A stretch of 64,000 nt of DNA from Nitrospirota bacterium (GTDB lineage: Bacteria > Nitrospirota > UBA9217): positions 27,646 to 91,645 of the forward strand of contig CAVUHW010000045.1 of the NCBI GenBank assembly GCA_963741205.1, read 5' to 3'. How positions within the stretch are numbered: the first letter of the stretch is position 1; each line of letters begins with the position of its first letter. The notes beneath the pieces were generated by a model. It saw only the letters and a program-made list of their open reading frames with translations, ran no database searches and was not told where the DNA came from. Positions 1-8,978 of the stretch are shown here, in pieces. The translations under genes and the position numbers were made by a program.

Positions 1-205
1 TTAAAGCTTCGATCTCTGTATTGACATCCCGTTCGCATTATCAAGATGCGCCGTAAAACCTCGTCCTTCAGGGCGGGGATATAAGGCGCTGGTTGCTTCG
101 CAACCAGAGAATCATGCCCTCAAATAAGCAGTGGATAAATGTTCACCTGCTTGATATATTAATTAATATGGATGTATCCAGCAACAGAACCTGAATTCGC
201 AAACG

Positions 206-1422
206 ATGACTGCCGTCGGAAAAGTATCAGTGACCGACGATAGCACCGCTCTTGTGCTTGGGCTGCTAGGCTTTTCCGCGACAAAACTTTGGAACACCGC
301 CGTGTGGTATACCAAGGAAGTCTGGAAAACCACCGGCAAAATACCCTCCTATTCGAATCTTGACGTCGCTATTAAGCAGGAACACCCTCGCTGGTACCGC
401 CGTCTGCACTCACAAAGCGCCCAGGCTGTATTGGAAGAGCTTTGGCAGTCATACAAATCATGGTTCGCTCTCCGTAAGAAAGGCGACATGAAAGCCAAAC
501 CGCCGGGATTCAGACGGAAAACCGAGCTATCGACAGTAACCTTCAAGCAAAACGCCGTAAAATGGAACCCGCGGACTAAAACAGCTGCGGTTCAGCATCC
601 CGAAAGACATCTACGGCAAGCAGTTCCTGTATCTCAAAATCCGGCTGCCTGAAGGCATCCGGCTCACCGAAGACAACATCCAGATTGCCCGGCTGATCCA
701 TCATAACGGCAGTTGGTATGTCCACTTCGTATACAATATCATGCTCCCCGAACTGAAAGGAGCCGGGGAAACCATGGCCATTGACCTTGGAATGAAGCAT
801 CTTGCAGCCACGGCCTGCACAGACAAGACCACGGCGCTTTGGTCAGGCGGCGAAATGGCGTCTCTTGAGACGGCATTTTGACAAGCAAAAGTCAAAGACC
901 GCCAGTAGTAGGTCCAGAAAAACGTGTGCTCTTAACCAGAAGCGCTCCCGTCAGCGCACCCACCTGCTCCACAGTTTTACCAAATCTCTTGTCCGCGATG
1001 CAGACGCTCGCGGCGTCTCCACGATCATCGTGGGGGACCTTAAGGACATCAGAGACGGCAAAGACTGGGGAGACAGCGGGAACCAGAAATTGCACAAATG
1101 GCCGTTCGATAAAATCATCAAGATGCTCACGTATAAGGCTAGACTCGAAGGCATCCGCGTTGTGAAGATAGAGGAAGGCTACACGAGCCAGACATGCTGC
1201 ATGTGCGGCACAATTTGTAAATCCAATCGTGTCCATCGAGGCCTCTATGTTTGCAACCAGTGCGGTTCCGTAATCAACGCCGATGTGAACGGCGCAATCA
1301 ACATTCTTAAAAGGTATCTCCCGGAGCAAATAAGTGACTCCTGGAGTAGTGGCTGCTTGGCACAGCCTGCGGTCAACCGGTTTGCCTGGAGAAAAACCAG
1401 GCCAGTAGTCATCAGCCCATAA
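206..1422 (+). CDS. tnpB: TnpB RNA-guided endonuclease (apparent frameshifts near 585 and 868)
   Basis: LWN...LHSQSAQ...KPPGFRRK N-terminus, MAIDLG RuvC-I in the middle frame, YTSQTCCMC...CNQC zinc finger, NADVNGAINI RuvC-III. Confidence 0.92.
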
Positions 1423-1534
1423 ACCGGGGACGTGGCATACATCCCTGCCGCATCCGCGAACAGAATCAGCAGTGGCTCTTAGCGAAGTAAGGGCCTGATT
1501 CGGGAATCCTCGGCCTTCAGGCCGGGGAGGATGT
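1330..1534 (+). ncRNA. Probable TnpB omega/reRNA scaffold region (5' boundary approximate)
   Basis: Position only: 3' end of tnpB through the right-end hairpin, as established for IS200/IS605 TnpB. Confidence 0.55.
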
Positions 1535-3170
1535 GTGCGCCTAGCATGGGCGCGATCTTAGAGGTGGAAGTCCTCTAGCGAGTTGACCACAACGAGCTAA
1601 GCGAAGCGCAACTGCGTGAGGGTGACCAAACGTGGGGAGGAAGCGTGGAGCGAAACCGTGAGCCAATGAAGAAAAATCAGATATGAGGCGCTGGCCTTTT
1701 AGGGCAAACAGGCACATCACTGCAAAGCTCTTGTGGTCAATGAAAAAGCTGCGTAGATCTGGTGGTTGTACGGTGAAGGATCGCGTTCTTACCTGGGGAG
1801 ATCTCGCCTTATGCCTGAAGGGGCAACGACCTCAAGTCCGGAGCGAGAAGTCAGCAGCGGCCGTAATAACTGGGCAACCGAGCGAAGGGCCAAACGAGAA
1901 GGAGAGTCCGAAATTATGACGACTTGGACGCGCATCGCATCAGAAGCCCGGAAAATCGGGGCGAGTCGGAGTTAGCGCAGGTGAAGCCGGCGCTGATGCG
2001 ACTGCGTGATGAAGCTCGCCCGGCGTGTCAAGCAACAAAAGGACTCAGGGCGAGATAATCTGGTACAGCAGGTTCTCTCGCGCGAGAACATGTTGGCGGC
2101 GTGGAAACGCGTCAAAGCCAACAAGGGAAGTGCGGGCGTTGATGGGCTCTCAATCGAGCAAACCGAAGAATATCTCAAGGAACACTGGCCGCGAAATTCG
2201 AGTGGAACTTCTTAGCGGAGTTTATTGGCCTCAAGCCGGTGCGCCGCGTGGAAATTCCAAAACCGACAGGCGGTAAGCGGGAATTGGGGATACCGACGGT
2301 CGTTGATCGGGTGATACAGCAGGCCTTGCTACAAATCCTGCAACCCATGATTGACCCAACCTTTTCCGAATTCAGCTACGGCTTCAGACCGGGGCGAAGT
2401 GCACATGACGCAGTGCGACAAGCACAGCGATATGTGGCGGAAGGCTATCGATTTGTTGTCGATGTTGATTTGGAAAAATTCTTTGATAGGGTCAACCACG
2501 ACATTCTCATGGACCGGCTCGCAAAAACGTATTGCTGATAAAACCGTACTGCGGTTAATTAGGCGCTACTTGCAAGCTGGAATCATGGCAAATGGGGTGG
2601 TGCTAGATCGTTCGGAGGGCACCCCTCAGGGTGGTCCGCTGTCGCCGCTCGTAGCGAATGTGTTGCTCGACGAAGTAGACGAAGACCTGCAGCAACGGGG
2701 TCATCGTTTCGCTCGATATGCTGATGATTGCAACGTGTATGTGCGCAGTCAGAAAGCTGGCGAGCGCGTACTTGACTCCTTGAAGAACCTATATGCAAAT
2801 CTGCACCTTCGGGTAAACGAGAAGAAAACTGAGGTGGGACCGGTCTTTGGCCGTAAGTTCCTTGGCTATTGCCTACGGCGATGGTCAAAGGGAACGGTGA
2901 AAATCGCCGTTGCCCCCAAGGCAATCGACACGTTCAAGCAGCGCATACGGTTCATCACACGCCGTGTCGGTGGGTGCAGCATGATTCAAGTCGCCGAGCA
3001 GATGCGGGCATATCTGCCGGGGTGGAAAGCCTACTTCCGCCTCGCGCAAACGCCCGAGAAATTCAAAGACTTGGATTCATGGATGCGACACAGACTTAGA
3101 GCGATACAGCTTAAGCACTGGAGGCGGGGACCCACGATCTATCGGGGACTACGTCGTCTTGGGGCAGTCC
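1535..3170 (+). mobile_element. Group II intron, class IIC (attC-targeting-like), 3'-truncated
   Basis: Starts GTGCGCCTAGCATGGGCGC directly after a DNA hairpin. About 380 nt of ribozyme sequence with typical CTTACCTGGGGAGATCT and GAGAAGTCAGCAG motifs, then the RT ORF. No domain V/VI seen downstream. Confidence 0.88.
1916..3170 (+). CDS. ltrA: Group II intron reverse transcriptase/maturase (frameshifted, C-terminus lost)
   Basis: AWKRVKANKGSAGVDG, RVEIPK..GGKRELGIPTVVDR, GTPQGGPLSP, YADD at 2717-2728, maturase GWKAYF. Breaks off after YRGLRRLGA. Confidence 0.92.
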
Positions 3171-3171
3171 C

Positions 3172-3767
3172 GTGGTTTTTGCCTCGGGCCTCAGAAACGC
3201 GGTGTTCATGACCATTCACCCGAGGACGAAGCGGGTTTGGGTCACTGAGATGGGCCGCGATCTGCTGGGCGACGACTTGCCGCCCGATGAAATCAATATC
3301 ATCGATGAAGGCGGGAATTATGGCTGGCCGTTCTGCTATGGAAAGAACGTTCATGACGGGGATTTCGACCCGAAAGTGACGCATTTCTGCCGTGAGCCGG
3401 CAACGGTCCCTTCCTCCATCGACATCCCGGCACACTCGGCGCCACTGGGTCTGGCGTTCTTTCCCGATGAGGGCTGGCCGAAGGAGTTTCGCAATGATCT
3501 CCTGGTCGCATATCATGGCTCATGGAACAGGAGCGTCCCCACCGGATACAAGATCGTACGATACCGGCTGGACAGCGAAGGCCGCTTTCAAGGGGTCGAT
3601 GATTTCATAAGCGGCTGGCTTGCCTCTGACGGGCGTTCGCTCGGCAGGCCCGTTGACATCATGATCCGGCCGGAAGGGACGATCTTCGTTTCCGACGACA
3701 AGGCGCGGCGTACTTTATCTACGGGATCACAGAAACAGGAAGAACAGGGAGGGCCTATCAAGACTGA
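3172..3767 (+). pseudogene. C-terminal fragment of PQQ-dependent glucose/sorbosone dehydrogenase
   Basis: ASGLRNAV, PDEINII..GGNYGWP, AHSAPLGLAF, AYHGSWNRS, GRPVD...SDDKA. The 5' half is absent. Confidence 0.8.
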
Positions 3768-4929
3768 AAAGAACGTCATCATCATCGGCGCCGGCGCCTC
3801 AGGCCTCCTGTGCGCCGTGGAATGCGGCAAGCGCGGCCGCTCGGTGCTCGTCATAGACCACCGCGACCAGAGCGGATCCAAGATACGCATCTCCGGCGGA
3901 GGCAGAAGCAATTTCACGAACCTGAACGCGTCCGCCGACCACTACCTTTCGCAAAATCCTCATTTCTGCAAGTCAGCCCTGGCCCGCTTCACGCCGCGGG
4001 ACATCCTTGCCCTCGTTGAGAAACATCATATCGCCTGGTACGAAAAAGAGGCCGGTCAAATATTCTGCGTCAAGAGTTCCCGGGATATCATCTCGATGCT
4101 CGAGAAGGAGTGCGAAAAGGCATCGGTGGAGACGCGGCTTAACTGCCGCATAACGGACATCGGGAAGGACAAGACCTTTACGGTCCACACGAGTGAAGGC
4201 ATCTTCACATCTGAATCGCTGGTCATCGCCACGGGAGGGCTCTCGTATCCCAAGATCGGGGCGAGCGGTTTCGGCCACGAGGTGGCCCGCCAGTTCGGGC
4301 TCAGGACGACGCAGGTACGGCCGGCCCTGGTTCCCTTCGTGTTTTCCGGCCGAGACCAGCAGGTCTTTCAAGGGCTGGCGGGCGTTTCCCTTGACGCGGC
4401 CCTGTCCTGCGGGGCGAAGAAATTCCGCGGCAGCGTCCTGTTCACTCACCGGGGCCTTTCGGGGCCCGCGGCGCTGCAGGCGTCGTTGTACTGGATTTCG
4501 GGAGCGCCGCTCATAATCGACCTCCTTCCGGCCACGGACATCCTCGAGGTGTTTACCGCGAGACGTCGGAGCAAAATGGAGATGCGTAACCTTCTCGCTG
4601 AATTCCTGCCGAAGCGTTTTGCACAGACCTGGTGCGACTTCATGCTGGTCTCAAAGCCGGTCAACGAGACTTCGGACAAAGAGTTGAAGGCGATCGCAGA
4701 CGGGCTTCACCGATGGGAGGTATTTCCCAAGGGGACGGAAGGGTACAATACCGCGGAGGTGACGGCAGGCGGCGTTGATACCGACGAACTTTCGTCTAAG
4801 ACCATGGAGGCGAAAAAGGCGCCCGGGCTTTACTTCATCGGCGAGGTCGTGGATGTGACGGGAGAGCTCGGAGGCTATAACCTCCATTGGGCCTGGGCTT
4901 CGGGATTCGCGGCAGGACAATATGCGTAG
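3757..4929 (+). CDS. HI0933/YhiN/BaiN-family flavoprotein
   Basis: IIIGAGASG, KIRISGGGRSNFTN, ATGGLSYP, LFTHRGLSGP, VTAGGV, GELGGYNLHWAWASG. Start uncertain (ATC after GGAGG). Confidence 0.92.
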   Translation: MKTEKNVIIIGAGASGLLCAVECGKRGRSVLVIDHRDQSGSKIRISGGGRSNFTNLNASADHYLSQNPHFCKSALARFTPRDILALVEKHHIAWYEKEAGQIFCVKSSRDIISMLEKECEKASVETRLNCRITDIGKDKTFTVHTSEGIFTSESLVIATGGLSYPKIGASGFGHEVARQFGLRTTQVRPALVPFVFSGRDQQVFQGLAGVSLDAALSCGAKKFRGSVLFTHRGLSGPAALQASLYWISGAPLIIDLLPATDILEVFTARRRSKMEMRNLLAEFLPKRFAQTWCDFMLVSKPVNETSDKELKAIADGLHRWEVFPKGTEGYNTAEVTAGGVDTDELSSKTMEAKKAPGLYFIGEVVDVTGELGGYNLHWAWASGFAAGQYA

Positions 4930-5032
4930 ACAGGGCGTTTCGCGATATTTCCACTCGTTCTTTGTTCCATCCCTTTTTTGACAGCGATGATTTTTTACCG
5001 TATAATGAATCACGATCTCGTAACCAGACGAT

Positions 5033-5115
5033 GTCATTCCCGAAGGTTTTATCGGGAATCTGGTTTTCGAAGCGAAGCAGGGAGAACAACACTATATCCC
5101 CGATACGCGCACCCG
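5033..5115. repeat. REP-like GTCATTCCCG palindromic element
   Basis: GTCATTCCCGAAGGTTTTATCGGGAATC...CCGGGGATGAC. Related copies near 7706, 8902, 13926, 29086, 31464 and 42452. Confidence 0.65.
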
Positions 5116-5142
5116 GGGATGACAGAAAAGAGGAGGAATACG

Positions 5143-5697
5143 ATGAAAGTGCAACCGCTCCATGACTGGGCCGTAATTCATCCGTCGGAAGCGGCGGAAA
5201 AGACCGCCGGCGGGCTCTATATTCCCGATACGGCCAAAGACAAGCCGCAGGAGGGCATTGTCGAGGCGATCGGTCCCGGCGCCTTTGAAGAAGAGAAACG
5301 GCGGAAGAAAAAAGGTGAAAAGGAAAAGGAAAAGAAGGAACGCCGTTTTGTCCCGACGGTCGTGAAACCGGGCGACCACGTGGTTTACGGCCGGTACGCG
5401 GGCCAGACGTATAACATTGACGGCGAGGAACGGGTCCTTGTTCGCGAGCGCGACATCCTCGGCATCTTCCCGGTGCCCCGTCAGCTGGCGGCTACGACCG
5501 CCTCCGCCGGAGGGACGGCGCTCATAAAATCCGCGGCGGATGCCCCGGCTGCGGCGAAAAAGCCGGCCGTAAAGACGAAGAAGGCGGAGCCAAAAGCCGT
5601 GAAGAAGCAAGGCCTCGAGAAGAAATCCGCCGCTGCGACATCAACAGCCAAAACGGCTCGAAAGGTCAAGGCAAAGAAGGCGGGAAAGAAAAAGTAA
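5143..5697 (+). CDS. groES: Co-chaperonin GroES homolog with Lys-rich insert and Ala/Lys-rich tail
   Basis: MKVQPLHDW, EKTAGGLYIPDTAKDKPQEG, VKPGDHVVYGRYAG, VRERDILG. AGGAGG RBS. Confidence 0.85.
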   Translation: MKVQPLHDWAVIHPSEAAEKTAGGLYIPDTAKDKPQEGIVEAIGPGAFEEEKRRKKKGEKEKEKKERRFVPTVVKPGDHVVYGRYAGQTYNIDGEERVLVRERDILGIFPVPRQLAATTASAGGTALIKSAADAPAAAKKPAVKTKKAEPKAVKKQGLEKKSAAATSTAKTARKVKAKKAGKKK

Positions 5698-5745
5698 TTC
5701 CCCCCCGATCCGGCTTGCGGGAGAGATGATCAGGAAAGGCGCTTT

Positions 5746-6310
5746 ATGGAAGACCAGTATATAACGCGGGGGAAAAAGATCCTGTCCATTCTCGAGCAGG
5801 AGATCGAAGACGGCGAAGAGATGGCCGGCGCGGTCAGGCATATCGCGGAACGTCTGCTTCTGGGTGAGAAGGGATATTCGACCGACGACATCCGGAAGAA
5901 CGTCTCCTTCGAGGTGACACTCGAAGGCAGAGACCGTCAAGTCCTCAGTGGATTTCGTCATATCTCTGGAAAACAGGAACGCCATGGTGATAAAGTGCGC
6001 TGCGGGCTCTCTTAATTCGCGGGAGCGTCATGTTATTGCGGCTGCGCGTGTGTTCGACGTTCTGCCGGTTCCCGTAGCCGTTGTCATGGACCCCATCAGC
6101 GCGGTGGTGCTCAACGCGGTTTCCGGCAAGGTCATCGGAGAAGGGTTCGACGCTATCCCGACGAGGCAGCAATTAGGCGTCATGATCTCGGGTGGAGAAC
6201 TCCGGCCTCTTGCTCCGGAGAAACTGGAACGCGAGAAACGGGTGCTCCTGGCCTTCGATGCGATCCGTTGCTGCATCCCGCAGGGAGGGGAAGGCGGCGT
6301 GGAGATCTGA
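5746..6310 (+). CDS. HsdR N-terminal-like (PD-(D/E)XK-type) domain protein, frameshifted
   Basis: LL.EKGY..DDI...VDFVI...MVIKC..GSL.SRER...AAAR pattern across ORFs 5746 and 5948. Confidence 0.6.
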
Positions 6311-6337
6311 GGGTCAGGTGGGGGGTACCCGAGACGA

Positions 6338-6805
6338 ATGAACAAAGTATCGAGAGCAGTGGTTCTTTTTATTGCACAGGGCGCCTATTCCGGCAAATCC
6401 CCGATCGTTCCCGGTACCGCAGGTACGATTGTCGGCGTCCTTCTTTATCTTGGAGCGAGAAGCCTCTCTTTTATCCCTTACGGAATCCTGTGTATTCTCC
6501 TATGCGGCATCGGCACGTGGGCCGCGGGTGAGGCGGAGTCGATACTTGGACAGAAAGACAGCCCTTCCATCGTAATCGACGAAATCGCCGGATACCTCAT
6601 CGCAATGTTCATGGTTCCCGCTGGCTGGGGTTTTATAGCCGCGGGATTTTTTCTTTTCAGAATTTTTGACATACTGAAACCCTGGCCGCTGTTTCAGCTG
6701 CAAGATATCCACGGCGGCCTCGGCGTGATGCTCGACGACATCGGAGCGGGGATCTACACGAATATCGTGCTGCAGGTTGGAGCGCACTTCATAAAACCTT
6801 CATAA
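6338..6805 (+). CDS. pgpA: Phosphatidylglycerophosphatase A
   Basis: PGTAGT, KDSPSIVIDEIAG, FRIFDILKPWP, GGLGVMLDD. Confidence 0.96.
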   Translation: MNKVSRAVVLFIAQGAYSGKSPIVPGTAGTIVGVLLYLGARSLSFIPYGILCILLCGIGTWAAGEAESILGQKDSPSIVIDEIAGYLIAMFMVPAGWGFIAAGFFLFRIFDILKPWPLFQLQDIHGGLGVMLDDIGAGIYTNIVLQVGAHFIKPS

Positions 6806-6823
6806 CCGGAGGCACGCTGGTGA

Positions 6824-7669
6824 ATGACCCATTTAACCGAAGAAACCTTTGAACAGACCCTCCGGTCCTTCATCCAGGTCGGAACAGATCGATCTCCGCG
6901 GCGTTTCGTTCATCGACCCCTACGGCATGCTGGGGCTCCTCGAGATCGGCGAACTCTGCATGCTCGAAGACGTTCGCAAGTCCGTCATCCTTCCGCAGGA
7001 GGGAGAGGTGTGCGCGTACCTCGACCGGATGGACTTCTTCACCTTTGCGAAGCGGTATTTTTCACTTGAGCCCTCCTCTCCGGATGCATCCGGGAAATAT
7101 CCACGAAACGCGGATTCCGACGTGCTCCTGGAAATCACGCCGATCCAGAAATCCGACGACATCCACTTCATCGTGGGGAGGGTCCGGGACCGAGCCCAGG
7201 CCATCCTCGACGACCCACCTGCACTACGATGACCGGGCGATCAATGGTTTCATCGTGGCCCTCTCCGAGGTCTGCCAGAACATCATCGAGCACAGCGAGA
7301 ACAAGGGGTTTGTCGGCATCCAGAAATACCGCTTCCAGAACCTGAATAAAAACGTCGTCAAGATCGCGGTCATGGACGTGGGCATCGGGTTCCGGAAGTC
7401 CCTCTCCAGCAGGTTCAAACTGCGAGAGCGACCTCGACGCCATTGACAAGGCGCTCCTGCACGGCGCATCCCGCTACGAGGACGAAGGCCGCGGACACGG
7501 TCTTGCCGCGGTCCGCCGGTTCGTCAATCAATGGAACGGCAAGCTCTCCATCCGCTCCGGCACCGCCCGCCTTTCCATCATTCCCCCGTGGGCCAGGGGA
7601 AGGGAACAGGAGCGGGACCTCATCTTTTTCCCCGGTAGCCAGATCAACATCATGCTGCCGGAAGTGTAA
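6824..7669 (+). CDS. STAS-like domain plus HATPase_c (anti-sigma-kinase-like) protein, frameshifted
   Basis: IDLRGVSFIDPYG (STAS-like), LSEVCQNIIEHS N-box, VMDVGIGF G1 box, EGRGHGL G2 box, PGSQINI. No H-box. Confidence 0.75.
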
Positions 7670-7784
7670 GCTTTCCGTAGCCCATTCCTTGATCTCGTCA
7701 GCCTCGTCATTCCCGAACGGTTTTCTTGGAATCCAGCGCCTTATCCTTCACTAAAATTCCCCTTGACAAATCCCGTAGAAATAT

Positions 7785-7810
7785 GGTTCAACTTGAAGCT
7801 CAATTGAACC
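7785..7810. promoter_or_regulatory. Palindrome, candidate operator downstream of a TTGACA hexamer (7763-7768)
   Basis: GGTTCAACTTGAAGCTCAATTGAACC, a near-perfect inverted repeat. Confidence 0.4.
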
Positions 7811-7840
7811 AGCGCAGGTAATCACGAAGGAGGGAATATC

Positions 7841-8023
7841 ATGGCAGTCACCGCGAAAATCGAAGGGAACAAGCTCATCATTATCGCTGATCTGGAAACG
7901 CCTACCCCGAGCGCGTCGGGGAAAACCCTGGTGGTAGCCAGCACCAGAGGGAACAAAGCGACCGATGTCATGATCGACGGAAAGCCGGTGATAATCGGTC
8001 TCAATGCTTATATCAAAAAGTAG
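7841..8023 (+). CDS. Small hypothetical protein (60 aa)
   Basis: Strong AAGGAGG RBS, beta-rich protein-like sequence with SASGKT..VASTRGN. Confidence 0.8.
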   Translation: MAVTAKIEGNKLIIIADLETPTPSASGKTLVVASTRGNKATDVMIDGKPVIIGLNAYIKK

Positions 8024-8087
8024 GTAGTACAAAGATATTAAATAAATGGACATGGTACGGCCTCCTGTCGCAACAAAGACAGGTAAA

Positions 8088-8169
8088 CCCATCCCCACCT
8101 AACCTCCCCTTGAAGGGGAGGGAAATTAATTTTCTCCCCCTTAAAGGGGGAGATTGAGTGGGGGATGGG
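8088..8169. repeat. REP-like CCCC/GGGG compound palindrome
   Basis: CCCATCCCCACC...CTCCCCTTGAAGGGGAG...CTCCCCCTTAAAGGGGGAG...GGGGGATGGG. Related copies near 25731 and 38633. Confidence 0.75.
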
Positions 8170-8181
8170 TCATATGAATCT

Positions 8182-8743
8182 ATGACGAAATACGACCTCT
8201 ATAAACTTCTAAAAGAAGAGCTCGGCAACGGCTCGAAGGACCTCGTGACACGGCCGTCGGGAGAGAAGATCCGGCGCGCGGATCGAGCGGGACATCGAGA
8301 AAGAGCCCGACGGCTCCGTGATCGCCCTCGATTTCTCGAAGATCGGGGTGATCGACTATTCCTGCGCGGACGAGATCATTGCCAAGCTCGTCTCGCGGCT
8401 CCTCTCCGGAGAATACGGGGACAAGTACCTTCTCCTCGCGGGCTTGAACGAAAACCAGAAGGAGAACATCGAGGTCGCCGTCGAGCGGAAGGACCTTGCG
8501 GTCATGGCGGAGATGAGGGACGGAGGCAGGGCGGTCTTGGGAAATCTCAACAGCTACCTCAAAGACACCCTCGATTTCATCGTCAAAAAGAAGAAGGCCA
8601 CGTCCAAGGACCTCTCGGATGCCAGGAAAATCGAGGCGAACACGAGCGGAACCCGTCTTTTGAACCTTTACAAGAAGCGGCTCGTGCGGCGCGTGGAAGA
8701 CATCCGCAGCGACGGGAAGGTATGGGCGTATGAACTATTGTGA
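8182..8743 (+). CDS. STAS-like (DUF4325-like) domain fused to winged-helix DNA-binding domain, frameshifted
   Basis: LVTRPSGEKIR...IALDFSKIGVIDYSCADEII, then TSKDLSDARKIEANTSGTRLLNLYKKRLVRR...WAY (wHTH-like). Confidence 0.7.
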
Positions 8744-8978
8744 AGGCCAATTTTCATTGACTGCCGGAGCGCTGCGATGATACAATGTGACGCTTTTAAA
8801 TTGCGGATTGCGGAATAGCCGGAATGGCAAGTCGGGTACTACTGCAAGTCGCAACGTTCGCATGGAAAGCTTACTTCGGACTCCAGCGTTTTTCAAGCCT
8901 CGGATTCCTGATCGCAGCATTCGGGAATGACGGAAGTGTGGCGTTGTTTATCGTAGTTACATTCAGGGGTTATGAACC

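Larger units (their letters stand above)
42..1534 (+). mobile_element. IS200/IS605-family element, tnpB-only (non-autonomous)
   Basis: Left end TTAT|CAAGATGCGCCGT-AAAA-CCTCGTCCTTCAGGGCGGGG-ATATAAGGCG (38-88). Right end GAAT-CCTCGGCCTTCAGGCCGGGG-AGGATGT (1504-1534). Both follow IS608-type end architecture with related hairpins. Encloses tnpB and no tnpA. Confidence 0.9.

Noticed and set aside
1535-3170. RT as retron, DGR or CRISPR-associated RT
   Set aside because: The GTGCG 5' end, ribozyme motifs and maturase domain identify a group II intron. No template repeat, msr-msd or cas genes are visible.
3172-4929. 585-aa dehydrogenase-flavoprotein fusion ORF
   Set aside because: The dehydrogenase continues DDKAGVLY.. 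in another frame to a stop near 3767, and an RBS precedes the flavoprotein. The fusion is an indel artefact.
5746-6310. Type I restriction-modification system
   Set aside because: Only a stand-alone HsdR-N-like domain is present, with no helicase, methylase or specificity genes.
7900-7930. Walker A motif (PSASGKT) in the 60-aa protein
   Set aside because: It lacks the first Gly, and the protein is too short for an NTPase fold.
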